Of a DNA stretch of 64,000 nt, positions 26,994 through 38,500 are shown one piece after another. The DNA lies in the NCBI GenBank assembly GCA_944386735.1, contig CALXCH010000001.1, positions 2,218 through 66,217 of the forward strand. Direction: 5' to 3'. The stretch comes from an uncultured Clostridia bacterium. Its GTDB lineage: Bacteria > Bacillota > Clostridia > TANB77 > CAG-508. Below the pieces are notes generated by a model that was given only the letters and a program-made list of their open reading frames with translations, was not told where the DNA came from and made no database searches. The first letter of the stretch is position 1, and the number at the start of each line of letters is the position of its first letter. The translations under genes and the position numbers were made by a program.

Positions 26994-29024
26994 ATGAGAT
27001 TTACAAAAGAAAGTTTAAATTTGGAAAATGGTTTAGATAAAGAATGGATAATTACTAATGGAATAGGAGGATATAGTTCTTCTACAATAATTGGTGCAAA
27101 TACAAGAAAATATCACGGATTGTTAGTTGCAAGTTTAACACCACCTGCAAGAAGGTTTTTAATACTTTCTAAGTTAGATGAAAGTATTGAAGTTAGAGGT
27201 AAAAAATATAATCTTTATACTAATATTGGAAAAGAATATATATCAAAAGGATTCAAGTATCAAGACAGCTTTGAAAAAGATATTGTACCAACTTTTACAT
27301 ACAAAGTAGGAAAAATTGAAATAACTAAAACTATTTGTATGGATTATGGTAAAAATACAGTTGGAATTTATTATAAAATTAAAAATGGAGCTTATAAATC
27401 TAAATTAACATTAGCGCCTATAATTAATTTTAGAGATTTTCATACTGTAAGTACAGACCATTGTTTCAATTTAAAACAACAAATTCATGGAAATAAAGTA
27501 AGAATAGAAGTAGATGAAAACTCTTATACTCCTATTTATATAAATCTATCAGATGGAAAATATGTAGAACATCAAAATGATAGCTTTAATAATATGTTTT
27601 ATATAGAGGAAGAAAAAAGAGGCTTTGAAGGAGAAGAAAACCATGCAGTACCAGGTAGGTATGAGATAGAAATTAAGGCCAAAGAAATAAAAGAACTTTC
27701 TTTTGTATGTTCATTAGAGGAAAATATTGAAGAACTTGATGTAAAAGATTTAATAGAAAAAGAAGAAAAAAGAGTAAATGAAATATATGAAAATTCAGAG
27801 CTTATAAATGAAAAGGCTAAAACTCAAAAAGAGAAAAAAGAGAATGAATTAATAAAAACATTTTTATTAGCAGCAGATAATTTTGTAGTAAATCGTTATA
27901 ACTTTGGATTACACACTTTAATTGCAGGATATCACTGGTTCTTAGATTGGGGAAGAGATGCCTTAATTTCTTTTGAAGGTGTTTTATTAATACCTAAAAG
28001 ATTTGATATAGCTAGAGAAGTTTTAAAAACAATGACAAGAGATGTTAAATATGGATTAGTTCCAAATGGATATTCAGGTTATGATAATAGACCACTTTAT
28101 AATAGCGTAGATGCATCACTATTATTGTTTGAAGAAATACAAAAATATATTGATTATACAAAAGATTATAAGTTTGTAAAGGAAGAAATGTATGATGTGA
28201 TGAAAGCAATAATTGAAAATTATTGTAAAGGAATAAATGTAGACGAAAATAATATCTATTTAGATACAGATGGATTAATTGTTTCAGGAACAGAAAATAC
28301 ACAAAATACATGGATGGATGTGAAATTTGACGGAAAAGCAGTAACACCTAGAAATGGAAAAGCTGTAGAAGTAAATAGTTTATGGTACAATGCAAATAGA
28401 ATTATGGCAGATTTAAGTATAAGATTTGGTCATCTTTTAACTGCTAAAAAGTACAAGGATTTAGCAGAAAATTGTAAAATAGCATTCCAAGAAAAATTTT
28501 ATAACAAAGAAACAAAATGTTTATATGATGTTTTAGGAGATGGAAAAATAAGACCAAATCAATTATTTTCATTAAGTTTAAGTTATCCTGTAATTGAACC
28601 TGATTCAGAAGAAGCTAGAAACATTATAACAGTAATAGAAAAAAAATTATTAAATGCATATGGATTAAAAACTTTAGCAAAAGGCGAAGAAAATTATGTA
28701 GAGGTTTATGAAGGTGATGAAAAACATAGAGATACAAGTTATCATCAAGGAATAACTTGGCCATGGTTACTTGGGCTATATTATAATGCTTTAAAAAATA
28801 TGAAGAATAAAATAGAAAATAAAGAAGAAAAAGAAGAGTTAGAACAAAAAATAAATAAGTTTATTGAAAAAACTAAAAAGACATTTTCTAAAGAAATTTA
28901 TGAAAATGGATGTATAGGAAGTATTTCAGAACTTTATGACTCAAGAAAACCACAATTACCAAAAGGAACAATTGCACAATGTTGGAGTGTAGCAGAAATA
29001 TTTAGAATAATACTTGGAAAATAA
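26994..29024 (+). CDS. Glycogen debranching enzyme (amylo-alpha-1,6-glucosidase family)
   Basis: 676 aa with GDE N-terminal and (alpha/alpha)6 catalytic-domain signatures (GYHWFLDWGRD). Confidence 0.75.
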   Translation: MRFTKESLNLENGLDKEWIITNGIGGYSSSTIIGANTRKYHGLLVASLTPPARRFLILSKLDESIEVRGKKYNLYTNIGKEYISKGFKYQDSFEKDIVPTFTYKVGKIEITKTICMDYGKNTVGIYYKIKNGAYKSKLTLAPIINFRDFHTVSTDHCFNLKQQIHGNKVRIEVDENSYTPIYINLSDGKYVEHQNDSFNNMFYIEEEKRGFEGEENHAVPGRYEIEIKAKEIKELSFVCSLEENIEELDVKDLIEKEEKRVNEIYENSELINEKAKTQKEKKENELIKTFLLAADNFVVNRYNFGLHTLIAGYHWFLDWGRDALISFEGVLLIPKRFDIAREVLKTMTRDVKYGLVPNGYSGYDNRPLYNSVDASLLLFEEIQKYIDYTKDYKFVKEEMYDVMKAIIENYCKGINVDENNIYLDTDGLIVSGTENTQNTWMDVKFDGKAVTPRNGKAVEVNSLWYNANRIMADLSIRFGHLLTAKKYKDLAENCKIAFQEKFYNKETKCLYDVLGDGKIRPNQLFSLSLSYPVIEPDSEEARNIITVIEKKLLNAYGLKTLAKGEENYVEVYEGDEKHRDTSYHQGITWPWLLGLYYNALKNMKNKIENKEEKEELEQKINKFIEKTKKTFSKEIYENGCIGSISELYDSRKPQLPKGTIAQCWSVAEIFRIILGK

Positions 29025-29040
29025 AGGAGTAATTTAAAAG

Positions 29041-30066
29041 ATGACATCTATTGAAAATCTAGAAAAAGAATTAAAACAAGAAAAATTGAATAGTTTATAC
29101 CTTTTATATGGTGAAGAACTATTTTTATTAGAAAACAATATAAAAAGAATAAGAAAATTATTTGGTGAAACTGTAAAAGGCATAAACTCTATTTTAATAG
29201 ATGATACAAATGTAAAAGAATTAATCCAAGATATTGAAACACCTGCATTTGGTTATGAGAAAAAACTAATTATTGCAAGAAATACTGGACTTTTTAAAGC
29301 AGAAGGAAAAAGAAAAAATAAAGAACTTAGTGATTTAAAAGATAAAATAAATGATTATTTAAATGAAAATATTGATATAATAAATCAAAGTGTTATATTA
29401 GTATTTGTGGAAGAAGATGCAGATAGTAGATTAAAATTATTTAAAACATTAGATAAACTAGGAACAGTTTGTAAATTCGATTTCCAAAAACCTGTACAAA
29501 TAGAAAAAAGAGTAAAAGCTATTTGTAAAGCTTATGAAGTAAAAATAGATGATAGTACTTTAAAATATTTTATAGAAATTTGTGGAACAAATATGCAAGA
29601 TGTAATAAATGAAATAAGAAAACTTATTGAGTATGCAGGAAAAGGTGGAGTAATTAAAAAAGAAGATGTTGATAGCTTAACAATAAAAAAACTAGAAGCA
29701 GTAATATTTGATTTAACAGATAATTTAGGGCAAAAACAAACAAGAAAAGCATTAGATGTATTAAAGAATTTGATTTATAATAAAGAGCCAATACAAAGAA
29801 TTTTAGTTATGTTATATAATCATTTTAAGAAACTATATTTCTTAAAATTAGCAATTAGATATAATAAAGATATTGTAACTTCATTAAGTTTAAAACCAAA
29901 TCAAACTTTTCTAGTAAACAAATATAAAACACAATCTAAATATTTTACAGAAAAAGAATTAAAAGAAGTTTTGCAAGCATTAAGAGATTTAGATGTAAAT
30001 TATAAGAATGGCCTAATAGACATACAAGTGGGCTTAGAAGCAATTCTTTGTAATTATTGCTCATAG
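29041..30066 (+). CDS. holA: DNA polymerase III subunit delta
   Basis: N-terminal LYLLYGEELFLLE, typical of HolA. 341 aa. Confidence 0.8.
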   Translation: MTSIENLEKELKQEKLNSLYLLYGEELFLLENNIKRIRKLFGETVKGINSILIDDTNVKELIQDIETPAFGYEKKLIIARNTGLFKAEGKRKNKELSDLKDKINDYLNENIDIINQSVILVFVEEDADSRLKLFKTLDKLGTVCKFDFQKPVQIEKRVKAICKAYEVKIDDSTLKYFIEICGTNMQDVINEIRKLIEYAGKGGVIKKEDVDSLTIKKLEAVIFDLTDNLGQKQTRKALDVLKNLIYNKEPIQRILVMLYNHFKKLYFLKLAIRYNKDIVTSLSLKPNQTFLVNKYKTQSKYFTEKELKEVLQALRDLDVNYKNGLIDIQVGLEAILCNYCS

Positions 30067-30096
30067 CTGTTTTTGGGGACGGGGTCAAAAAACAGC
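30066..30096. repeat. Family-A hairpin repeat copy 2 (identical to 703-733), overlapping the holA TAG stop
   Basis: 31/31 nt identical to copy 1. Confidence 0.8.
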
Positions 30097-30152
30097 CATA
30101 AACTAAAAACAAAATAGAAAAATAACTATAAAATGCATAATAAATCACTTAA

Positions 30153-30974
30153 ATGATAAAAATAGTAAAAAGAAATTTTATCATTTGGGTGATTTTTATG
30201 TTTAAAAGAAATAACGAAAAGATAGAAAATAAAAAGTTAAAAAATAAAAAAACAAAAATAACAAACAAAATAAAAGAAAGAACTTTAAGCAAAAAAAGTA
30301 TAAAGGTTAGTTTAGTAATTACATTTATAGTTTTATTATTTTCTACTGTTATTTTTATGTATTCTACAAATAACAGTGAAGTAGAAGCTTTATCTAAATA
30401 TGGTTCTAGGGGAGACGAAGTAAGACAGATACAAACTAAACTTAAAAGATGGGGATATTATAATGGCAATGTAGATGGCATATTTGGAAGTCAGACATTA
30501 GAAGCGGTTAAATATTTCCAAAGAAAAAATGGACTGACAGTAGATGGAATTGCAGGGCCTGCAACTTTAAAAGCTATGGGAATATATAGTTCTAGTTCAT
30601 CTTCTAGTTCGAGTACAAGTAATTCTAGTGATGTAAATTTACTTTCTAGAATTATTTATGGAGAAGCAAGAGGAGAACCATATACAGGACAAGTTGCAGT
30701 AGGAGCAGTTGTTTTAAATAGAGTAAAAAGTAGTTCTTTTCCTAATACAATATCAGGAGTAATATATCAATCAGGTGCTTTTGATGCTGTAAGAGATGGA
30801 CAAATAAATCTATCACCAGATTCTACTGCAAAAAAAGCGGCACAAGATGCTTTAAATGGTTGGGATCCAACATATGGAGCAATATATTATTTTAATCCAG
30901 CAACTGCAACTAATAAATGGATTTGGTCAAGACCAATGACAGTAACTATAGGAAGACATAGATTTTGCAAATAA
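30153..30974 (+). CDS. sleB: Spore cortex-lytic enzyme SleB (PG-binding domain + hydrolase domain); alternative start ATG 30198
   Basis: PG_binding_1 repeats (GSRGDEVRQIQTKLKRWGYY), a Ser-rich linker and an SleB catalytic C-terminus (IIYGEARGEP, YQSGAFD). Confidence 0.8.
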   Translation: MIKIVKRNFIIWVIFMFKRNNEKIENKKLKNKKTKITNKIKERTLSKKSIKVSLVITFIVLLFSTVIFMYSTNNSEVEALSKYGSRGDEVRQIQTKLKRWGYYNGNVDGIFGSQTLEAVKYFQRKNGLTVDGIAGPATLKAMGIYSSSSSSSSSTSNSSDVNLLSRIIYGEARGEPYTGQVAVGAVVLNRVKSSSFPNTISGVIYQSGAFDAVRDGQINLSPDSTAKKAAQDALNGWDPTYGAIYYFNPATATNKWIWSRPMTVTIGRHRFCK

Positions 30975-31228
30975 AAACAAAGAAGTTAAAAGCTATTATT
31001 AAGTATTGTTTTAATATTTGATAATACTTTTTTTATTTAGAATAAAAAATTGAATATTAAATAAGTGAAAAATATGAATGAAAAATAGAGCAAAAAGTAG
31101 AGTAAAAAGGTTTTTCTAAAGATAGTAAAAAATAGAAAAAAACATTTGACAAAAGGAAGTATTTAATAGATAATATATATGTAAAAAATGCAAAAGAAAA
31201 TGGCTTTAGATACGAAGGAGGAACATAT

Positions 31229-33799
31229 ATGTATTTATTTAATAGGATAACGGTAAATCCACAATTACCAAAAAGAATAGAAAAATTATCAGTGATAGCT
31301 AATAATTTATGGTGGTCTTGGAATACAGAATTCTTAAGACTATTTCAAAGAATGGATAGAGATTTGTGGGAAGTATCAAATAAGAACCCAATCAAGTTTT
31401 TAAAACATGTGTCACAAGAAAAATTAGAGGATGTAGCAAAAGATGTTACATTTTTAAAAGAGTATGACAAAATAGTAGAAGAATTTGAAGGATATATAAA
31501 TAGTAGAAATACATGGTTTAATAAAATGTATCCAGAAGAAAAAGGAGATTTAATAGCATATTTCTCAGCTGAATATGGATTAGACCAAACTATTCCTATT
31601 TATTCAGGAGGACTTGGAATATTATCAGGAGACCATTTAAAATCAGCAAGTGATTTAGGAATTCCCCTTGTTGCTGTAGGATTATTATATAAAAATGGAT
31701 ATTTTAATCAAAAAATAGATGGAAATGGAAATCAACAAACAGAATATAATGATATAGATTTATATGATTTACCAATAAACCCTGTAAAAGATGAAAATGG
31801 TGATGACTTAATAATATTTGTAAAATTTCCAAAAAGAAGATTATATTTAAAAGTATGGAGCATAAATGTAGGAAGAGTAAAACTATATTTATTAGACTCA
31901 GATATTGAAAAAAATAATCCAGAAGATAGAGATGTAACACTAAGGCTTTATGGTGGAGACCAAGAAATGAGAATACGCCAAGAAATAGTTTTAGGACAAG
32001 CGGGAGTAGAATTACTTACAAAATATTTAAAACTAAATCCAACAGTATATCACATGAATGAAGGACATTCTGCATTTTTAACATTAGAACTTATGAAAAA
32101 CATAATAAAAGAAAAAGAAGTATCATTTGAAGTAGCAAAAGATATAACAAGTTCAAAAACAGTATTTACAACACATACACCAGTACCAGCAGGAAATGAT
32201 ATATTTCCGCTAGATTTAGTAGAAAAATATTTCAAAGACTTCTGGCCAAGATTAGGATTAACAAGAGAAGAATTTTTAAGGCTTGGAATGAAACCGGGAA
32301 AAGATTTAGACAATGGCTTTAATATGGGAATATTAGCACTAAAAATTGCGGGAAAGAAAAATGGAGTAAGTAAACTGCATGGAGCAGTATCAAGAGAACT
32401 ATTTGGAGATGTATGGCCAAATATAGCGGCAAATGAAGCTCCAATAGGATATGTAACAAATGGAATACATACTTGTTCATGGCTTGCACCAAGAATGAAA
32501 GAATTATTTAATAAATACCTAATACCATATTGGCAAGATAATATGCATAAAGACCAAATATGGGAAAAAATAAGAAATGTGCCGGATGAAAAAATATGGC
32601 AAATACATAATGATAGAAAAATAAAATTATTAAGATTAGTAAAAGATAATACATATGAAAGATTAAGACGTTCAGGATATAGCTATGAAGATATTAATGA
32701 AATAATATCAAAATTAAACCCAAATGCATTAACAATAGGATTTGCAAGAAGATTTGCAACATATAAAAGAGCAACATTAATATTTAAAGACTTAGAAAGA
32801 ATAACACAAATAATAAACAATAGTGAAAGACCAGTACAAATAATATTTGCAGGAAAAGCACATCCAGCAGATAAAGAAGGACAAGATTTAATAAGGTATA
32901 TTCATCAAGTATCAATGATGCCACAATTTAAAGGAAAAATATTCTTACTAGAAAACTATAATATAGCAATGTCAAGATATTTAGTAAGTGGAGTAGATGT
33001 ATGGTTAAATAACCCAAGAAGACCAATGGAAGCATCAGGAACAAGTGGACAAAAAGCATCAGTAAATGGAGTAATAAACTTTAGTGTACTAGATGGTTGG
33101 TGGGCAGAAGGATATACACAAACCAATGGATGGACAATAGGAAGTAACCAAGAATATGAATCATATGAAGCACAAGATCAAGCGGATAGTCAAAGTTTAT
33201 ATAGAACATTGGAAGAAAAAATAATACCAACATTCTATGATAGGGATAAAAACGGAATGCCAACAAAATGGATACAAATCATGAAAAACTCCATAATAAC
33301 AACAGGAGGAAAATATAGTACATCAAGAATGCTTGTAGACTATACAAAAGATTATTATATGCCACTATGTAAGTTAACAAAAAAATATTACCAAGATATA
33401 GATAATGTAGCAGCATTTAACTCATGGAAAAAGGACTTGTACACAAACTGGAAAGATGTAAAAATAAGACAAACAGAAGAAGACGCAGATAATATAACAA
33501 TAGACGCTGGAAATAAAATAGAAGTAGGTTGTGAAGTAGAACTTCCAAATATAGATGTAAATAATGTAAGTGTAGAAGTTTATTATGGCAAAATATTAGA
33601 AAATGGAATAGTAGAAAACGTAAGTATAACGCCAATGCAATTAACAGAAAAAGATGAAGAAACAAGAAAATATTATTATACAGCAAAAATAGAATTAACA
33701 ACTGGTGGAAATTATGGTTATACATTTAGAGTAATGCCAAAACATGAAATGATATTAGAGCCAGCAAACTTAGACTTAATAAAATGGGTAACAAAATAA
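31229..33799 (+). CDS. glgP: Alpha-glucan (glycogen/maltodextrin) phosphorylase, long GT35 type
   Basis: 856 aa with PLP-binding region (GTSGQKASVNG) and GT35 motifs. Confidence 0.85.
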   Translation: MYLFNRITVNPQLPKRIEKLSVIANNLWWSWNTEFLRLFQRMDRDLWEVSNKNPIKFLKHVSQEKLEDVAKDVTFLKEYDKIVEEFEGYINSRNTWFNKMYPEEKGDLIAYFSAEYGLDQTIPIYSGGLGILSGDHLKSASDLGIPLVAVGLLYKNGYFNQKIDGNGNQQTEYNDIDLYDLPINPVKDENGDDLIIFVKFPKRRLYLKVWSINVGRVKLYLLDSDIEKNNPEDRDVTLRLYGGDQEMRIRQEIVLGQAGVELLTKYLKLNPTVYHMNEGHSAFLTLELMKNIIKEKEVSFEVAKDITSSKTVFTTHTPVPAGNDIFPLDLVEKYFKDFWPRLGLTREEFLRLGMKPGKDLDNGFNMGILALKIAGKKNGVSKLHGAVSRELFGDVWPNIAANEAPIGYVTNGIHTCSWLAPRMKELFNKYLIPYWQDNMHKDQIWEKIRNVPDEKIWQIHNDRKIKLLRLVKDNTYERLRRSGYSYEDINEIISKLNPNALTIGFARRFATYKRATLIFKDLERITQIINNSERPVQIIFAGKAHPADKEGQDLIRYIHQVSMMPQFKGKIFLLENYNIAMSRYLVSGVDVWLNNPRRPMEASGTSGQKASVNGVINFSVLDGWWAEGYTQTNGWTIGSNQEYESYEAQDQADSQSLYRTLEEKIIPTFYDRDKNGMPTKWIQIMKNSIITTGGKYSTSRMLVDYTKDYYMPLCKLTKKYYQDIDNVAAFNSWKKDLYTNWKDVKIRQTEEDADNITIDAGNKIEVGCEVELPNIDVNNVSVEVYYGKILENGIVENVSITPMQLTEKDEETRKYYYTAKIELTTGGNYGYTFRVMPKHEMILEPANLDLIKWVTK

Positions 33800-33834
33800 A
33801 AGTACTTAAATATGTTGCTTTTTCAGGACTTGAT

Positions 33835-33870
33835 TAAAAAAATACATCTCAAATAAATGAGGTGTATTTT
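33835..33870 (+). terminator. Terminator AAAAAATACATCTCA...TGAGGTGTATTTTT
   Basis: 10-bp stem followed by a T-run after glgP. Confidence 0.7.
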
Positions 33871-33878
33871 TATATTAT

Positions 33879-33913
33879 TCAGCTGTTTTTTGACCCCGTC
33901 ATGAAAAACAGCT
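33879..33913. repeat. Family-A hairpin repeat copy 3 (inverted/variant loop GACCCCGTCATG)
   Basis: CAGCTGTTTTTT...AAAAAACAGCTG stem. The loop is the reverse complement of the GACGGGGTC core. Confidence 0.7.
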
Positions 33914-34024
33914 GAATTAAAATTTGAAATTAATAATAGATGTAACTTGAAAAGAAAATTATTATATGCTAGTATTTAATATGTAAAACAAAGGAAAATG
34001 TAAATAAAATAGGAGGAAAATGAA

Positions 34025-35410
34025 GTGAATAATATCTCTAGTAAATATTTAGCAATATGTCCACTAGATGGAAGATATTCTGAGATTGGAGAAGCGTTAG
34101 CATCATATTTTTCAGAATATGCTTTAGTAAAAAACAGAGTTTGGGTTGAAGTAAATTGGCTTGTATTTCTATTAGAAAATTTAAAAGAAAGTGAAATATT
34201 AAATAAATTTTCAAAAGAGAGATTAACAGAAATATTAGATATTTCTGAAAATTTTTCAGAAAAAGAATTTATGAGAGTAAAAGAAATTGAAAAAGTAACT
34301 AATCATGATGTAAAAGCAATAGAGATTTTTGTAGGAGAAAAGCTTAAAGAAAAAGAAGTAGAAGAGCTTGTAAGTTATGTACATATTGGTTGTACTTCTG
34401 AAGATATTAATAATACTGCATATGCAAACATGATAAAAAATGGACTTAAAAAAGTTTGGATACCAGAAGCTAATAATTTAATAAATATTTTAAGTGACTT
34501 TGCAAAAAAGTATGCAGATATTCCAATGCTAGCACATACTCATGGACAACCGGCAACGCCAACAACAGTTGGAAAAGAATTTGCAATATATGTACATAGA
34601 CTAAAAAATTCTCTAAATAATGTAATAGAAATAAAACCTACAGCAAAGTTTAATGGAGCGACAGGAAATTATTCAGCAATATCAGTTGCATTCCCTGATG
34701 AAAATTGGGAAGAACTTTCTAAAAAATTTGTAGAAGAAAAACTTAAATTAACATTTAATCCACTAACAACTCAAATAGAAGGACACGATTATATGTGCCA
34801 TATATTTGATGGAATAAGACATTTTAATAATGTAATGTTAGATTTAGTACGTGATATGTGGTTATATATTAGTAAAAATTATTTTAAACAAATAGTAATA
34901 AAAAATGAAGTAGGAAGTAGTACAATGCCACATAAGGTAAATCCTATTAAATTTGAAAATAGTGAGGCCAATATAGATATTTCAAATAATATATTAGTAG
35001 GACTATCTAATAAACTTCCAGTTTCTCGTATGCAAAGAGATTTATCAGACTCTTCAAGTCAAAGAAATATTGGTATGGGAGTTGGATATTCACTTCAAGC
35101 AATAAAACAAGCAATTAGTGGATTAAAGAGAGTAGAAGTAAATAAAGAAGAAATTACTAAAGCACTTGAATGTAATTGGGAAGTACTAGCAGAGCCAATC
35201 CAAACTGTGCTTCGTAAATATGGCATTCCTGATGCTTATGATAAACTAAAAGAACTAACTAGAGGAAAGAGAATCTCTAAAGAAGATATACAAGAATTTA
35301 TCAAATCACTTAATATTCTTTCACCTGAAGATAAAGATAATCTTCTTCAGCTAACTCCTGGGAATTATGTTGGTTATGCTAGTAAACTAGCAAAAAAGAT
35401 TGCTGAGTAA
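34025..35410 (+). CDS. purB: Adenylosuccinate lyase
   Basis: Fumarate-lyase signature GSSTMPHKVNP. 461 aa. AGGAGG RBS with GTG start. Confidence 0.85.
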   Translation: MNNISSKYLAICPLDGRYSEIGEALASYFSEYALVKNRVWVEVNWLVFLLENLKESEILNKFSKERLTEILDISENFSEKEFMRVKEIEKVTNHDVKAIEIFVGEKLKEKEVEELVSYVHIGCTSEDINNTAYANMIKNGLKKVWIPEANNLINILSDFAKKYADIPMLAHTHGQPATPTTVGKEFAIYVHRLKNSLNNVIEIKPTAKFNGATGNYSAISVAFPDENWEELSKKFVEEKLKLTFNPLTTQIEGHDYMCHIFDGIRHFNNVMLDLVRDMWLYISKNYFKQIVIKNEVGSSTMPHKVNPIKFENSEANIDISNNILVGLSNKLPVSRMQRDLSDSSSQRNIGMGVGYSLQAIKQAISGLKRVEVNKEEITKALECNWEVLAEPIQTVLRKYGIPDAYDKLKELTRGKRISKEDIQEFIKSLNILSPEDKDNLLQLTPGNYVGYASKLAKKIAE

Positions 35411-35574
35411 GAAATTGCGTATTCGAGTTTATTCTATTAAAGGGAATGTTTACAATTTAGTAAGTGTTTCATTTTCTTTAGCCAAACAGGAAACTTATTC
35501 TAATATATATAAAATATTGTGTTCTTTTGTTTAAAATGTTATAATTATTTTATATAAAAAGGGAGAAATGTGTC

Positions 35575-38500
35575 ATGAAAAGAAACAAAAGAGTTTTAAT
35601 AATGATTTTAATAATAATTATTATATCAGGAACACTTTTTTTGATTTTTAATAATAGTAATAATATTACTAAAAATAAATCTCAAATAAAAGGAAATATT
35701 GAAATATCTACTAGTTCTAATGTAAATGTGGTAGAACGAGAAATGACATTATCTGCAGAAAAAACAACAGAAGCAATGGAAAACAACTCAAGAGTCTTAC
35801 AAAATGCTATAGATGAAGTTTCAAGTTCTGGTGGAGGAACTATAAGCTTACCAGCAGGAACATATTATTTTGCACCAATAAATACATATACAGACCAAGC
35901 AAGCTCTCAGAAAAGAGCATATTATGCTGTTGAATGTAGAAGTAATGTTAAACTTGTAGGAGCGGGAACTAATGAGAGTAATAGCAATTCATGTACTATA
36001 CTTAAACCATATGGTGCTAATTTGGATGTTTCATTTACAATGTTCCAGTATATAAGTCAAGATACACCTAAAGTATATATTGAAAATGCGGATTTTGCAG
36101 ATTTTATAATAGATGCTAATGAAACATCCAAAAATCAAAACACTGGATATGTAGCTCAAGGAAAAGGATTTTCTTTTTCAGCATATAAAGATTGTGATTG
36201 GAATAATGTAGTGGTTAAGAATACAGATGGTACTGGATTTGGTATGGATTATCCAATAAATTGTACTGTAACAAATTGTGTTGCGATAGGATGTGGAAAA
36301 GCAGCTGCAGATACTGATGCTGGAGCATCAGGTTTCGGAATAGGAACAGGATATTCTGAGGACGAATCAATGAAAATTTCTAATTGTTTATCAATAGGAA
36401 ATAGAAAGTTTGGATTTTTCTTTGAACATCAAGGTAGGTTTGGTTCTGATATAAGAGCTAGAACTGCAAAAGGATTTATTGTTACTGATTGTGTAGCAAG
36501 AGGTAATATGTATAATTTTGGAGGAGAAAAAGCAAATGATTTGATTTATATAAATTGTACATCTGAGAATAGTAATAGTAATGATCCAAATCCATTAAGG
36601 AATCAGAATAAAAATGCGTTCTATTTTGGAACAAATACAAGAAGATCATATGTACAAGATTGTGATATAGAGCAATCATACACTAATATAACAGATACGA
36701 GTGTTTCATACTATACACCAGTTTATTGGGCTGCAAAAAACTCAATAATAGATATAGGTGGTGACAGAACGGAATATAATGCATTAAATAATTGTTATAA
36801 TTCATCAGCGATAGCGATGTTATGGAGATTTGCTGGCAGACCAGGAGAGGTATTAATAGGTAATGAACAAGGTGATACAGGATATGATGATGTTGGCTCT
36901 AATGACTGGTTTGTTGATGCAGTAGTATGGGCATATAATGAAGGCATATTAAGTGGAGGAGGAGCGTTTAATGCAGGAAATGACTGTACTAGAGGAGAGT
37001 TTATAACAATGCTTTGGAAATATGCTGGTAGCCCAATTGTTAGTACGGGAAATAATTATACAGATGTTAATGCAGGAGATTCCTTTTATAATGCTGTAAA
37101 CTGGGCATTAAGTAAGAGAATAATAGAATCACAAGGAAGTGAATTTTATCCTTCAAATGCATGTACAAATGCTGAGATTTTAACCATGTTATATAAATAT
37201 GATACAGTAAATCCACAAAGAGTAGTAATATATGATTATTGGGAAAATGGAGGAAATGATTCTAGTAAAGTATATGAAATAGAAAAACAAAATGAAAATG
37301 TAGATTTAAATGTAAAAGCGCAAAAAGATGGATATCAATTTGAAGGATGGTCAACTAATAAAAATGCAACAACTGGAGCATCTTCTTTAAGGATGAATGC
37401 AGACAGTATATATTTATATGCTTTATACAAGAAAGATATAAAAATAACATATGATGCAAATGGTGGAAATAATGCACCATCAGTTCAAACAGCTACAATT
37501 TATAATAATCAAGAAAGTGTAAATATAACCTTAAGCAAATCTATACCTACAAGAGCAGGATATACATTTAAAGGATGGACAGATGAGAAAGATTCTGCAC
37601 AAGTTAAATATAGTTCAGGTGAAACATGTTCATTTGATGATAGTTGTACATTATATGCAGTATGGGAAGTAATGAAGGAAAAATATACATTAACAGTAAG
37701 GCCAAATGGAGGAAAATGGAATAATTTAACACAAGATGCAGAAATTAATGGTGAATCAGGAACAAGTGTTAACATACCAAATCCAATTCCACCACAAGGA
37801 TATACAATAATATTTAATGGAAATGGTGGAATAGCTAGCAAAACATCTGAAACAACGACAAAAATTTTTAACAATTGGAGTTTAAGTGGAGTTGGAAGCT
37901 TAACTGGAACAACATATACATTTGGAGAAGGTTCAGGAATATTAACAGCAAATTATACGGATATAGGAATAGAAATGCCAACAGCTATAAGAGATGGATA
38001 TACATTTAGAGGTTGGACAGATGTAAGAGGTTCAACAGAAATAAAATATAGAGCAGGAGAAACATATTCTTTTGATAGCAATTGTACATTATATGCAGTA
38101 TGGGAAGAAAATACAAGCGCGTCATATATGGTAACGTATGATTATTCTCATAATGGTGGAGAAAGTGTGGATAAAGTGCAAGAAGAAAAAAAACCGGGAG
38201 AAGAAATAGACTTAAATGTGCAAGCAAGAAAATCAGGATATGAATTTGTCGGATGGTCAACTGATCCCCAGGCTAAAGAAGGGGTAGAGTTTTTAGTAAT
38301 GGAAAATGAAAATATTACCTTATATGCAATATTTAAGAAAGATATTAGATTAAACTTTATTGATTATAATGGAAGAGAAGAAAATCAAACAGTAGAAAAC
38401 ATAACAATATATAATAATGACAAGGGAGAAATTACAGCACCAACTATAAATCAATATTCAGATTGGATTGCAAGATATTGGACAATTGATAAACAACCAG